Assembly: GCF_018977255.1 (NCBI RefSeq)
Contig: NW_024704742.1
Span: forward strand, 81,036,001 to 81,100,000
Direction: 5' to 3'
DNA: 64,000 bases
Source: Callorhinchus milii
Taxonomy: Eukaryota
Shown: piece by piece, positions 24,624 through 38,600 of the stretch
Layout: the number at the start of each line of letters is the position of its first letter
Numbering within the stretch: position 1 is the stretch's first letter
Notes under the pieces: generated by a model
What the model was told of the DNA's origin: nothing
Databases searched by the model: none
What the model saw: the letters and a program-made list of their open reading frames with translations, nothing else
Translations under genes and position numbers: made by a program

Positions 24624-27067
24624 GTAAGTACTCTTAATTTTCATTAGTTTCTTTATCTAAAGGATGTCGATTTTGGTCCCCACTTTGTTGGGGATATCCC
24701 CCCATTGTTTAAATTGCCTTCAGTGAATGCTGCGCTGGATATTTTAATTCTGTGCACAGATTGTGCAGGTTCCTTTGCGACACTGGTACTTTTGTCAAAC
24801 AGCAGATGTCAGATCATTTAGCCAAAAAGGTGAAGAAAAAAAAGTGTTAATGTACGTTACAGAACGCCTTAGTTGCAGACAAAAAAAATTCAATGTTATT
24901 CAAATTTGTACTTAAATGAACAACTATTAAGGCAAATTAAACTACAGTGATGTCAGTCTTGTTTTCAAGGCGAAAAATGCAATAAGCGTTTGATAAATGA
25001 TCTGTTTGTTGAAACGTTAATTGAAAAGCAAATTACAATCATGTGCTACCCAGTCTAAACTCTGCTCTTGCTTTACCACCCACTGGATGAACTGCACTGT
25101 ATTCCTTGAGGAACCAGACAGGTTCTGTGACAGCTTCTGCACCCATTTCAGGAATTTGATAGATTAATCTACCAGTGTCAGTGTGCACAGAGGTGACCAT
25201 GACAGGATCTACGAGGTCACAGTCGTGAAGAGAGAGCTGGCGGAAAAAAATGTGGGTCTGTAAACGATTTCCGAAAAGGAAAATCTAATAGCAATGAAGG
25301 GTGTCAATTGCAAAACTTGCTGATTACGCATTTAGCCGGAATGACAAGGATCTTGGAGGCACCTGCAGCCTTCACTGATAACATTGTGTGGGATTGTGAA
25401 TGTTTCAGCATTAACAAATGCCAGATAAAAGGGTCACCAAGATACAGCTGTTGGCTCTTTCATATTGAAGTCAATCGTCTCATATTATGCACCAGGGATT
25501 GCCATGCAGCTAAAAAAAATGCCTGATGGAAAATTCCAATACAAATCTGATCATATGTGTGAAAGTCCCAATCATAATGATCATTGAACATTTATCTACT
25601 TCAAATAGTGATTGATGGGAGAGGAGATGTTCAATTCAGGCCTAAATATTATTCTTGGTCCTTGAGTGTGTGTGTGGGGGGGGCGGGAGTGAGAGTGTTA
25701 AAATCTCCAGCTCCCTCCCCAGGGGATTTGCTGCTGCACTGGGGAGTTTCTGAACATGTCTGGATCCTAAAACGTTTGTGAACTGTTTCAATCCACTATG
25801 AGCAGTATTGAGGTGAATTCATGCTGCATCCTTTACAGACTACTTCGGGATGTCATTTTCAGGATTTCCTAGTTAAGGAATCTGGCAGTGAATTGTCAAT
25901 GGTATCAAACGGGAATATCACTCCAATTGGATCTATTTTCAGGTTATTTTGATGTGTGGGGTCTCCGACGGGCTACGCCACTGTTAAGCGCTCCGAGACA
26001 CTGCCCCGATTGAAGGGCACTATATAAGTGCAAGTTGTTGTTTGTCTTCTCAGGTTGGGGTGATGTGTGGGGGCTCCTCATGTTTGTGTGATGTGTGGGG
26101 TCTCTGTAGGTTGGGGTGATGTGAATGATGTACATACATTCAATTGGATTTCTTAATTAATTTCTTGATTAAAAAATCATATTAAAGAATATCAGAAATC
26201 AGACCCCCTTACAAAGTGAGCTTCTTTTACAATGGGCTATTTTCACATAAATCTTCAAGGTTATAAAGTGACAGTGGGCAGACTGAATTGGTGCCACTGA
26301 CAATGCAATTGCAATGACATCATTTGCACACACGTCCTGTGTGTGCAGAACTGGTCATAACTCCTCCATATTGTAGCAAACAACAGTGGCTCTTCAACAC
26401 GTCGCTCAGGCAGCACTCTCTATGCTCCAGTGCTCCTTTTAAATTTTAGTTGTATGTTTTATTTCATTTATTATTACTGCACACTTACACTGTGGTCTTT
26501 TCACTTACTACAGTTGGAGCTCAGTCTGCTCAGCTGCAGTAAATGTATCATCTGGCTTCCTTCCAAACCCCAGCAACTGGAGCGGGAATGATTTGAGATT
26601 AACTCTCCAGTTATGAATGAGTGCAACTTTCACTTAGGTGTAGACTGTCTGGAGTCTTTACACAGCAAGCAAAACATTTCTCCCACTCAGCCCCCACTAT
26701 CCCAAATGCAGTCAATTGTAAACTAGTGTCCCAGGGGAAGGTACGAGGACTAGATTCTTGTCAGTCGCTGACTGAAAAAGGAATGTTATAACATTTCAAA
26801 ACGTGAGAGACACTCAACGTCAACCCAGTAACCTCTGATATCTTTCATTAGAAACGCCTATGATCATGCTAGTGTAAAGCAATTGATTTTCAGCTCCCCT
26901 GTGGCTGATAGCATCTTTTCAGTGAGTACCTGGGTTGTGCTTCTGGTGAGATGTTAAACCAAGGTCCTGTCTGCCTGTTCTCAGGTGAACGTTAAAAGAT
27001 CACATGAGTCCACTCAAAATGAGAAAGAAGTGTCTCCTGATGTCCTGGCTCAGTTGGTAGCTCAGTG

Positions 27068-27473
27068 TGTATCAGCCTGGCTCAATTAGTAGCACTCTCG
27101 TCCTTGAATTAGAAGCTCCATATCAGGACTTGAACTTGCAAAGTCTAAGTTTACATTCCAATACACTGTGCTGCCTTGTTGGAGATGCCAATCTTCAGAT
27201 GAGATATTTTAACAAAGTCCAGTATAATCTTCAGTGGACGTTAAAAATCCCATGGTGCAACTCAAAAGAGAAGAAAGTTTCTGGCTAACAGTCCCCCAAA
27301 TAAAATTGATCATTTGTTTCATAGCTTTTTGTGGGACATTGCTGTGTGGATTTGGGTTATCACCTACAATTGGGAATTGGGGTTCACCTACAAATGCACA
27401 ATCCCTCCACTTCTCAGGAAATCCTGCTGATATGAAAGGTGCTATACCAAATGTAAGGATTATTATTAGTATT
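27068..27473 (+). mobile_element. Deu-domain SINE
   Basis: Head tcagcctggctcaattagtagcactc, core ggacgttaaaaatcccatgg, tail. Confidence 0.82.
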
Positions 27474-28266
27474 AATTGAGGGTAGGATCAGGCTCAGCTG
27501 TGACACTGCCTACCCACTACTGTTTTGTATAGTACTTTGGGATCTTTAATGACCACTTGAATAGGCAGATGTGATTTCAGTTTAATATCTAACCTGAAAG
27601 ATGGCATCTCTGATGATGCAGCACTCATCCAACACTGCACTGGAGCATCCGTCCAGACTTCGCCTCTCTGATGTTAAGCTTGCACTACGGAGATGTACCT
27701 GGAAAAACGACAAGTCTCTAGTAATCAAAGAACATTGCTGATGGTTTACCAGTCAATCTGGGTCACTAATGAGATTTTGTGGTGTTTAGTCTAGCAATAA
27801 AATATACACCAATATACACAGAATAAGTTTACTACAACAACAACAACAAATTACGCTTCACATCGGAAAGATGTCTCAGGGCATTGGGTCAGAAAGAAAA
27901 GAAGTTACCTCTGTACTGGCCAACAAAATGCTTTATGATTTTTAGTAAAGAGAAATATTATTGATAAGAATGAGCCATGGTTATAAGTTGACACTTCTCA
28001 TATAAATATGCCATTTCCTCTTTAACGTGTGGCTATTGCTCAATGTGGGTAGCGCTATTTTCATATCGTTAGTCACTTGGCGACATTTCACAATGTGGAT
28101 AGTTTGGAGATTTGCCATTGAGAGACTAAAAGAACTGCAAGGAATGAGTGTGAAGTTAAACTGCTTTCACGCAGAATGTGAAGAAAGGAAACTGATTAAA
28201 AATATTTAAAGGATAGCGTACATACCTATAAGGTGGAAAGCAAAGCAAATACTCATTTCCACTATA

Positions 28267-28644
28267 GGGCTGGTTCAGTTGGTAGTGCTACACTTTAAAT
28301 TAGGAAGGTTGCGGGTTCAAGTCCTATGTCAGGACTTGCAAGTTATATAGTCTAAACTGGGGGTGTGCTGCATTGCTGGAGGTACCGTTAATCGATATTG
28401 TCTGAATTTAAAGATCCCATGGCACTATTCGAAAAGAGAAGCAAGTTTCTCTTGATTCTGTCCACCAACCTACCAAATAAAATTGGTCATTTATTTCATA
28501 GCTGCTTGTGGTGCATTCTATGTATAATTGGTTGCCGCATTCGCCCACAAATCACACAGTCACACCACCTTACATTATATCTTGTGCTCTGGGACATCCT
28601 CCTGATGTGAAAGTTCAATATCAAATGTAAAAATTATTATTATA
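28267..28644 (+). mobile_element. Deu-domain SINE
   Basis: tggttcagttggtag..gggttcaagtcc..aaagatcccatggcactattcg..tail. Confidence 0.8.
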
Positions 28645-30104
28645 ATTGTAAGTGGAATTATATAATACAAAGAACAACTAAAACTCAGGAGTCTGCTGGA
28701 TCAGAAATGTATAATAATTACCTTTCAAAGTAACGTGATTTCTGTTGTCCACAATGCTATTACTTAGGAGACCTTTAAAAGATTGCAGAATGAGCCAGAT
28801 CCAAGCTTGTAATAGGTGAGGGGCTTAAGAGTTACTGGCTTTGTGTGAAAATATCAACAGAACCAAGAGGTCTCTTCAATTCCCTTTACACTACTAATGC
28901 GAAACACTCCACGTAACTTCCTATTAACTGGATATTTGATCTTTTCCCCCATAAATCTTCAGTGATTTACTCGACACACTTTGAGTGCGAGTCATGGTAA
29001 TAGAATTGTGAACACGTCAGGCTCTTGCACTCTACTTAGTTCAAGAATTCATGGGAAATAGATCTGACACTGTAATCATATAGGAATGTCTGTGCAACCC
29101 TTAAAAATAAACCAGCTACCTGCTGATTTGCAAAGCAACTGAGTGCTGTTTTCAGCAGACAATATGGAATGTGTGACCAGATTTTTATATTCTGGCTACA
29201 TAAGAAGATCTTTATCCCTTGAACTGAATGAGCTTAACTCTTTCTTACATGTGACCACATCAAAACATCCTACAGCATCTTAATTTCTTTCAAGAATGTT
29301 GTTTATTTTGGCATTATGATAACATTTCTTATCGATTATACTTTGAAAAATAGTTTGAAGTGTATTTTTCCACAAAAGCCGTGTCTAAATATGAGTTGCA
29401 TTACTCCAATGAATGTCCTGTGAAATGGCCTAATTCTGGTTTGTAACATTTAGCATTATAACATTCAGAAAAGTTACCGTCCAAATAGCTCAGTGACTTG
29501 ATGCTGGGTTACGTGTACCAGCAAGATCCCAGTTTGCATCTGAGGTCACCTATCTCATCATGGGCTGTGCCAAGTCCTTGATCCCTGCAGGTGGTGTTGA
29601 TGGTGAGGGTGCTTCTCAAAGGACCCTGGCCTATGAGAAAGAGTCAGTAGCAGGGATCATGTTCCTAATAACAATCCAGGATCTCCCCCAACCCCTTCCC
29701 TGGAATGGAAGGGACAAAATGCAGAGGAAAGCCATTAGGCTGATCCCCAATGTCAGAGGATAAGGGTGTGGGAAATAACTAGATATGGTAGGTTCAGAGG
29801 GGATAGTACAGAGATAAATTGGATGTTTAACGAGATATAGAAAATAAATCCAGCACAGTACTTACAGTTATACTAAGGGAGAAAGGCAAGCGGGCACAGG
29901 TTTAGGTTTGTGAAGGGTAACTTTAGTACAGACACCAAGTACCTTTATGCGCAGGAGAAGGAACAGCTGGAATGGATTACAGTAGCGTGCTGGACGCTAG
30001 ACTTGTTTTAAAACAGCTTTATGTCGTAACGAAAAAATTATAGGTTTGGTATTCTGGAAGTTTGAGATCAAATTTGCTAAAGAACCTTCTTCACCCACAG
30101 ATGT

Positions 30105-30632
30105 ACATAGTTTCACTTAGGCTGTACAGCATGGGAACAGGCCATTGGGCCCAACCAGTCTGCGCCGATGCTTACACTCCACATGAGTCTCCACCCACTC
30201 CTTTCACCCTCACACACCCTTCTATTCCCCTCTCTCTCATTTGTATATCTAGCTTCCTCTTAAATGTATCCATACTATCTGTTTCAACCATCGTTTCAGG
30301 CAGGGACTTCCGTATTCTCACTATCCTCTGCATGGAATAGTTCCTCCTAAATTCACTTTTAGATACCCTAGTCATCATCTTATACTTGTGCCTGAGGTTA
30401 CAGCCTAACATTTTGGAACAATCTACTTATGTTAACCTTATCAAAACTTTGTGTAATTTTGAACACCTCCATTAGATCCCCTCTTAAACATCTCTTCTCT
30501 AACGAAAAAGGTTCAACCTATCTAGTTTAACCTGACAGCATTAACCTGCTAGTTCATCATAGTAAACTTATGCTGCACTCTTTCCATCACTGCTGTATAC
30601 TTGTAATGTGGCAACCAGAATTGCTCACAGCC
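30105..30632 (-). mobile_element. CR1 3' end
   Basis: Reverse ORF 'RNYSMQRIVRIRKSLPETMVETDSMDTFKRKLD' followed by a 3' UTR. Confidence 0.82.
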
Positions 30633-30729
30633 CAGACCTCTTTTGTGAAGAAAATCATGCATGTTACTTAAAGTAGAAGAATCTGCTGAGCATGCAATTC
30701 TTTAAATTATTCCTCTATATCCGTCTGAA

Positions 30730-31125
30730 AATAATCATAATCCTTGTGCTTGATATAGCACCTTATTACATTATTGAAATTTCTCAAAGTGCCTCATAGT
30801 ATTTTTACTGTAAAATGTAGTATCTGTGTATTTTGTAGGCGAACATGGCAGCCAATTTGTGCCCAGCCATGCCCCCCAAACAGCTGTGAAGTGAATGACA
30901 AATTGTATCTGTTGTTGAAACTCCCTTCTCTATTCAAAGAGTGTCATTGGATCTTCAATGTTCACCTAAACGGTAGACAGGACCTTGATTTAACGTCCCA
31001 TCCAATATATGTCACCTGAAACAATGCAGCACACCCTCAGTGCTGTATGGGGATGTCAACTAGTCTATGAACTAAACGTTCTGACATGGGCCTGAACCGA
31101 CAATCTTCTAACTTAGCAGAGAGTA
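30730..31125 (-). mobile_element. Deu-domain SINE
   Basis: Reverse match to 35978-36398. Confidence 0.8.
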
Positions 31126-31737
31126 CAAGTATTATTATTATCGTTTCTATAGTTAGACAGAAAATTAATGGGAAGGGTTGTATTCTTTGGGAGAGGAGGG
31201 AGAATATTATATTTCCAAATTACTAGCACAATAATGAATGTAAGGCTCAGATTGCTGATTCTCCTCATTCTTTATAAAGTAATCATTAGCTGACTGCCGC
31301 TTTTTAAATCCATTTAAATGACTTAAACCAGACACAAAGCTGTTAACCTGAAAGATAATTTCAAGCAATAAGTGGTCTACGGAGGTTCAGAAACATTTTA
31401 TGGTTTAAAAGTACTTGTGATTAGAAGTCTTTTGATGTTACCCTTAATTATGAGTTATTTGATTATTTTGAAAATTACAAATACGTTGGATGTACTGGGA
31501 ATAAGCAATTGCCATGGTCGAGCTTAAATGTCTTGTTGAAAGTCTTATTGAGGTCCTGTTGGAACAACACTATGCAGTGCAATGCCATTGTGCATGTTGA
31601 TCAAACTGAAAGCATAAAAAAAATCATAAAAAAACACTTAAGTATATATTTGATATACAGCAAATAGACCTATGTATAATGGAACACTGAAATTGAACAC
31701 AGACCTATAATAATAATAATCCTTGAACACGGACCTA

Positions 31738-32044
31738 TAATAATGATAATCATTTGATGTAGCACTTTTCACGTCTTCTAGATGCCTTAAAGCACTTTAC
31801 AGAATATACTGTAAAGTGAATTGATTGTACATTTGTGGGCAAAATGCGGCAGCCAATTGCGCACAGCAGTGTCGCACAAACAGTCGTGGATTGAAATTAA
31901 CAATTTATTATTGTGTTTATTTTTGGAGGGATTATTATTAGGCGTGTAGAGTAAGGAAACTTGCCCAAGGTTTCACCCTGCCGGGAATCGAACCCAGGTC
32001 TCTCACTTGCAAAGCGAATGCTCTAACCACTGAGCTACAGGACC
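31738..32044 (-). mobile_element. Young chimeric tRNA-SINE, short form (TGC loop)
   Basis: Reverse: ggtcctgtagctcagtggttagagcattcgctttgcaagtgagagacctgggttcgattccc; 30-bp local duplication at the tail junction (31694-31752). Confidence 0.92.
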
Positions 32045-34781
32045 TAACACTTGTCTTCTATTCTTTCTATCTTTTTACCTCTTCCACCATCTTTTTCCAT
32101 TCATCATTTTTTTGTTGGTTGCTACTTGTATATCATGAAGAGTGTGGGTTTATTTTACATTTTACAAGATCTGTATGTAACACTGCAAAGAGTAATATAG
32201 TTGAGCGCAGCATTTGAAGCTGTTTTTAAATCATTCAGTTTGGTTTTGGATATTGTTACTTTTTTGGGTAAAAATATGATTTATAATCTGCACTTCCTAA
32301 AGTGCATAAATTAATCGTATAATTAAACAATGCTGATTTCACCACAGCTTATATAAAAGGGTAAGGCTGGTACTTATTACATCTGCTATCGTGTCATTTT
32401 TGGCAGAGTCTCTGAGATAAGATGAGAACATTGCCTAACATCAGATCAGCCACAAACCTGAAAACCAAAGGAAAATAAATCACAGACATAAAATAGCAAA
32501 AAAACTCTCCTTTTTAATCTATGCTTATTAAAAATGACAAATTATTGCTTATCTATATATAAAAATGCAAATGAACAAATTCAGTTCTCTGACTTAATTT
32601 GGAAACCGGTTTGTGACTGTATTTGTAGACAATTAATACAACAGGTTTAAACAACAAGCTGCTGAAACCTGTTGAATTTAAGAATTAGAATTATTGAATG
32701 AGGCCATTCGGCTGATCAAGTCTCATTTGATCCTGCTGCCCCAACCAGGCTCCTAAACCCATTATCTTTCATATAAGGTATAGGTATTACTTCCCTACAA
32801 CCACAGTCAGTACACATCACAGTAAAATTGAAATGCCACTGAAACCCATATTCGCAAGCTTCCCACTTTGATTTGCAGAGTTAACAGGAGCGGAGCATGA
32901 AGAATCCATGCCCTTGTGACTGTTCCTGCCTCTCTAATTCCTGCTGACAAGCCAGGCTGGCTGCTGTATCATCAATAGCACCTTGGTGTACCGCTGACCT
33001 GACTGACTCAAGAAATGAACTACCGAGACCATCACTGAGGATCGACGCAGTTCTAATATTGCTAGGCATGTTTCCTTGGAGCCAATGTAGGTCCCAAAAG
33101 ACCCTGCTTAACTTTTCTACCTCAAAAACCCCTTCCCTCTCCTCCAGCAGGACAGTCACTAATTGCTCTTCAGATATCGGACAAGCATACGTTTGAGCCC
33201 TCGCTCAGTAACTAGGAAGCACTAGGAACTCCCCATGAGCTGCTTGGTGAACAACATGAAATGCATGAGAGCAATGGCACCATCCCCAGTCCAGACATAC
33301 GCTGAAAGACAATTCCTCTAATTGAAAGTACGGAGCTTTAGCTTTAGCTGTTTGTACCACTCAAAGCAAAGCAGGTACCAATCCCTTGGTATCTGAGCTT
33401 TCTATTCACAATCCCAGACTCCCGGTAACGTGTTCCACCAGCTGCCAACCAGAGCCTAAGTTTCTTTATCAGCTACTTATCTTGTAAGAACAGTACTGGA
33501 AATAGATTGATTCAGAATAGAATTCTCATTGATTAAGTGAGCATAATACACTTTTAGTTAGAAGCATTGTAAATCAGGGTCTACTCTGAAGTAGACATTT
33601 TCTCCAAATTCATATAACAAGCTAAGTCCGATCTGCCCTTACATGAGGTTCAGATGCACATAACATTCATCAGTCTCCAGATAGTGAACAGGAACCCTGG
33701 TTCATTTCCCCCTCCTTTAACCCAAGAGTAATGAGGCCAATTTAAGTGCCTCAGTTGCTGAGATACCACACTAGTTTGTGCAGGAATGTGAAACACCCAT
33801 GTTACTAAGAAAGTGACTGGCATTGAAGTCTTGATTGCTATTTGAAAAAGCTATCGGCCTTCGAGGTCACAACCTCTGTCCAATAGTTGTTGTTGTGATT
33901 GAGTTTCAGATATAGATTATCATCATATATACTCATTGTGGTGAGTAAAGAATTTCACATTGAATGATCAGTCAATAATTTAGACCAAAGATCAATGGTT
34001 AAATGTGCAATCCTGCAATGACATAGTAGTTAATGAAGCTACTGCTCTCGGTGGGTCTCTGTTTTGGTTGGTGTTCTGCAAGGTGGTAAAAGGGGTGGCA
34101 TTCAGGACCACTGGATTCGGATAAGCAAAAATCATACAGCATTCAAACCACTGTGCCCTCAAAATATATAGTCAATCCACTACAGTAAATTCTGTGAAGC
34201 ACTTTGAGACATCTCGAAGATGTGATAAGGTGCTACATCAAATGCAATGATTATTATTATTATAAATGATCACGATCCAGTGATTCTTGTACTGTATATG
34301 GACATTAGTTGAGGACCAGATTGATCTCTGCTAGGATCCCCTGGGTTTAAAAACTTGCTAACAGTACTACCTAGGTTCACATATGAAGAATGGTTACTAG
34401 TGAAGGCTGCCATACTCACAGAATCAAAACCTAGCATAAGTCACTGCCTTCAGGATGGGTGGGGAATAAAAGTTAGAGGGGGAATTGTTTCCAAATAGTT
34501 ACTTTGCCCTCCCAGAGATGATTAAAATTAAATCTTGGCTGAATTTCAAGCATCCATTTAATCATTGAAAACATCCCTCATCATCTGAGGCGTACCTTTG
34601 TTTTACGCAGACCTCTTCGAAGGAGTCTGGATCCAGATTTGTGCATATCTTTATTTAGTTTTACTTCATTTCGGTTCACACTTAATCTTTACAATTGATA
34701 CAGATTCAACTGTTTATCACTTCAAATGACGGAATTCTGTCTTTAATTTGTGAACATTATAATTATGCAAGATGTTAGCAT

Positions 34782-35165
34782 TGGTGTTTGCCTGGCTCAG
34801 CCTCTAGAGCAGAAGTTTGTGGGTCAGGACTTTGAGCTCAAAGTCTCGGTTGACACTCTAGGGCAATGCTGGGATAGCACCACATTGTCAGAGAGGTTTT
34901 TATTAAGACCTTATACAAACGCCCTGTCTACCTGTTCAGGTGGATGTTAAGAATTCAACATCACCATTCAAAAANGAGAAGTGAGTTTCTTCTGGTATCC
35001 TGGCTAAAAATTGTCCAGTGAAAATAGGTCATTCACTGTATGGCTGTTTGTGGGAGATTGCTGTCTGCATATAAGCTGTTGTGTTTTCTTACAAATCCTG
35101 CTAAGCGTTTTAAGATGTTCCATCTCAAAGCGAACTGCACTATTTAAGTGCAGGTCATTATTATT
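34782..35165 (+). mobile_element. Deu-domain SINE (contains the single N at 34975)
   Basis: ccctgtctacctgttcaggtggatgttaag core. Confidence 0.75.
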
Positions 35166-35977
35166 TTTAATAATAATTGATTCCATGCTCTGCATTATTT
35201 GAACTGCATTTTGTATTTCAAAATCCTTTTGGAACACATGTGCTAATTTGCTTATCTTTCACAATACTCAATAGGTGCAGGACTTGAGGTTCAGAGCAGT
35301 ATCTGGTGATGGGGGTGGGGTGGGTGGGCAAGAGGGGCTGGAAATATGAACTAAATGTCTGTATCATACCAATGATGTGTTGAAACTTTATCCACATGAG
35401 ATGCAATTTATGCAAAATTGCATGAGGCTTCAAGGTCATGCATTTACAATTCATTTGACACTCGTTGCTCAAGTGCTCTTTGTTTTTCAAGTTCATTTGT
35501 TGCTGGGTAGTGATGCAGAAATAATAGCTTTCAGTACAAGAGGGTAAAACAATCACTAAATCAAAAGTTGGTTTAGTTTCTGGATCAGTTTACACTGAGT
35601 GTAATGTTTGTTTCCCAACGCTTTGAGTCCATTTCATCATGATCTTGATCTTTATAAAAATATTAAGCAATGCACAAATGTCCTCCCTTTTCAGATTTGT
35701 CGTAAGGCAACAGAGTGCTTAAACAGTTCCAGTCAATGTGAATCTGCTATCAACAATGTTAAACAAATACTAGGTTGTATTTTGAACTTATATGGGTATC
35801 CCTTGAGCCTTGTAATAATCACTGGCAAGGTCATATTTGGATTCAAACTTCAGTTCCATATGCTATTTATCACACTGAATGTGTCACCCCCATCATCTCT
35901 CTCCACCCCCGATTTCATTCTCAATGTCCCATCCTGCAGATCATAGCCTTCCATTGCTATTGAGTGGAAAACTGAGC

Positions 35978-36398
35978 GCTGTCAGCCTGCCTTCGTTGGT
36001 AGCATTCTTGCCTCTGAGTTGTCATTCAAACCCCACTTTGGAACTTGGACCCCACATAGTCTATGCTGACAATCCAATGCGGTGCCGGGCGCGTGCTGCA
36101 TTGTTAGAGCTGCCATCATTCAGATGAGATATTAAACCGAGATCTTGTCTGACTATCCAGGTTGACGTTGAAGATCCCATGACACAATTCAAAAAAGGAA
36201 AGGAGTTTATCCTGGTGTCTTGGCCAACAGTCCCCCAAATAAAATTGCTCACTCACTCCATGGCTGCTTGTGGGGTATTTCTGTGTGCAAATTGGCTGCC
36301 ACGTTCATCCACAAAATTTAAAGTATGAAGTATTTTGAGAAATCTTGATGATGACCTGATATTTATTGTGCTATATAAGGTGCAAAGATTATTATTTA
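35978..36398 (+). mobile_element. Deu-domain SINE, full length
   Basis: Head, gagatattaaaccgagatcttgtctg..gaagatcccatgacacaattc core, tail; a separate SINE tail follows at 36455-36566. Confidence 0.87.
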
Positions 36399-36589
36399 TT
36401 ACCAGCTTTTTAGTACATAAGATCAAAAGCCTTATTGCACTATCCCAGTGGAAGTCCCACAACTATACGGTCAATTCACTTTACAGTCTATTCTTTGAAG
36501 TGCTTTGAGACGTTGAGAAGACGTGAAAAGCGCTATATCAAATGCAAGGATTATTATTATTATTATAAGGCCTTGTTCCATGAACAGGA

Positions 36590-36912
36590 AATCTCTGCCT
36601 TGACTGTGAATGGTGATGTGGGTTAATGTTACACTTCCCTCAGCTAAACTCCAACTGAACTGAAACTTCTTGTTCAGCTTTCTCCAGCTCCTCCTTGCTT
36701 TTGACTCCATGTCCCTGGTCACTCACTCCTGCCAACAGAGCCAGAGAATGACTTGTTTGACCCTCAGTTCTATTTCAACTCCTACATCGAGTCCTTGACC
36801 AAGTCTACCTTCCAAAGATAGTGTGGAATACTATTTCTGGAACATTGCCCGTTTAAGTCTTTATCTCACTCGCCCTGTAGCTGAAAGCCTCATCCATTCT
36901 TTCATCACATCA
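36590..36912 (+). mobile_element. Old L2 fragment
   Basis: tgtttgaccctcagttc..aacattgcccgttta..gctgaaagcctcatccattctttcatcacatc. Confidence 0.65.
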
Positions 36913-36914
36913 TG

Positions 36915-37620
36915 GTGCCGAAAGCAGCGATGAGAGTTTGTAGCAGCTACAACAGGATAAGTCTCGGAGTTTACGGATTTAAATGATTAATGTAACATTC
37001 CAGCCTATATGTTATCTGTAAGTTACGCCACGCCTAAACCGCAAGAACATTTCTCTCAAAGTGATGGCTAGAAAGCACACCAGGCATTAATCTGAAGAAT
37101 TAAATAAATTGGGCAGCGAAAGAAGTGTTACATCCTATGCAAGTCTAAACTGCTCAAAAAAGTATGAACAGTTTATTGTAACTCTAGGTCAGAAAGCAAA
37201 TTTTTCTGTATAATCCAAGGGTCATAGTACCCCATTCTTTAAATCTTACTCTGTGTAACCCAAAGGTTATAATGCTCCTGTTTCAATATGTTATTCGCAC
37301 AATTCGGTTCATCAAAGTGACTTGTCATCTGGTACAGCCAATCCATGATAATGTTTTATCCAGAACGCACCAAACCTCCATAATGGCTGATATAATTTTC
37401 TCTGGGGGACTTTCATTTTGGATAACGTAATCCTTAATGGATCTTTCAATTTATAGTAAAATTCACTACAATGTTTCTAGCTTGTATAGATGATGTTATT
37501 GAATCAATTGGAGAGGAAAACCTTCCAGGATTTCTTTATCGTTCTTCTTGTTTTTCAATAGGTTATGAGGGATTTGAGCTCATGGTCGAGACTGACACAG
37601 AATATGATCTCTCATAAATT
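36915..37620 (-). mobile_element. Decayed L1-clade ORF2 C-terminal region
   Basis: Reverse-strand remnants 'IISAIMEVW', 'FKEWG..GL', 'FEQ', 'HFFR' in the order typical of fish L1 ORF2. Confidence 0.45.
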
Positions 37621-37669
37621 GGGACTCCAAAAGCAATTACAAAGGCAATTGACATACTAGTTTATATCA

Positions 37670-38009
37670 GTAAGTGACAGGCACTAGGTTTACATTTGTC
37701 GGGATAAACATGTTGCAGCCAAATTGCAATCTACAGTGTCCCACAAACAGCCATGAAGTGAGTAACCAATTTTGTCTGAGGGATTTTTGGCCAGGATGCC
37801 ATGGGATCTTTAACACCTACCTGAACAGGCAGATGGGAGCTTGGTTTAACATTGCATCTGAAGAACAGCACCTCCGACAATTCATCACACTCCCAGCATT
37901 GCATTGGAGTGTCATCTTAGACTATCTGAGTTCAAGTACCATTGTGGAGCTTGAATCCACAACCTTCTGTCTCAGAAGTGACAGTCCTACTAACTGAACC
38001 AGGTTGACA
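37670..38009 (-). mobile_element. Deu-domain SINE
   Basis: gccatgggatctttaacacctacctgaacaggcagatgg..accttctgtctcagaagtgacagtcctactaactgaaccagg. Confidence 0.85.
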
Positions 38010-38595
38010 CACAGACAGGTTGGATAGAGGTAAGGCATCAAAATCCAGTGTGTATGTGTGTGTCTGAGGGTAGGTGGGGGGTAACTTCAGTCGAAAGATA
38101 AATGATTGGGGTGAATGGGTTTGAAAATGACAAGGGTTTACTTTTGAGGATAAGATAGAGTGGGAAGACCAAGAATGTAAAGCTGCACTTCAAGATAAAA
38201 TCAACAAATTATGATTGTGTACATACTTCAATGTCTGGTATTGTTGCAGTGCTAAGCATCTGGCCTCTGTCATTTTCATTACCAAACTGACAGCCAGTGG
38301 TGAACACCATGGTTCCTTTATTGTCTCCAGATGGCTTTTGAGTTCAGGTTTCAATTTGCAAACTCCACAAGCGTATGTTTGCCTGAAAGTTGGAATTGAG
38401 ACACTTAATTTAATTAAACATAGTTGCTGAGGAAATGATTTGCTAAGTTTGATTGAACTGCAATCAAAATGCTGCCATAGAAAGTTTTTTTTAATTCTAA
38501 TTCCATGCGCGACTTTGATATGAACCATATGAGTCGGTAGCGGCAAGAAAGGAAGGGGTGACGTAAGCCTATGGAAGTGCAGTTCCTTCATCACC

Positions 38596-38600
38596 ATGAG
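38596..38600 (+). CDS. Candidate alternative first coding exon end, M(R/S), phase 2
   Basis: caccATGAG|GTAATA in a CpG-containing, transposon-free patch with TGACGTAA upstream. Confidence 0.25.

Noticed and set aside
32881..33159. 92-aa ORF in GC-richer sequence (likewise 19563-19906 and 50268-50583)
   Set aside because: No recognisable domain or convincing splice sites; probably old unclassified repeats.
34975..34975. Single N base
   Set aside because: Assembly ambiguity in an A-run, not biological.
37470..37615. + strand 'IDDVIESIGEEN' resembling a hAT transposase, and tggtgccgaaa at about 36913 resembling a retroviral primer-binding site
   Set aside because: The following catalytic motif (VVTDN) is absent and no LTR is seen; the opposite-strand L1 reading explains more of the region.
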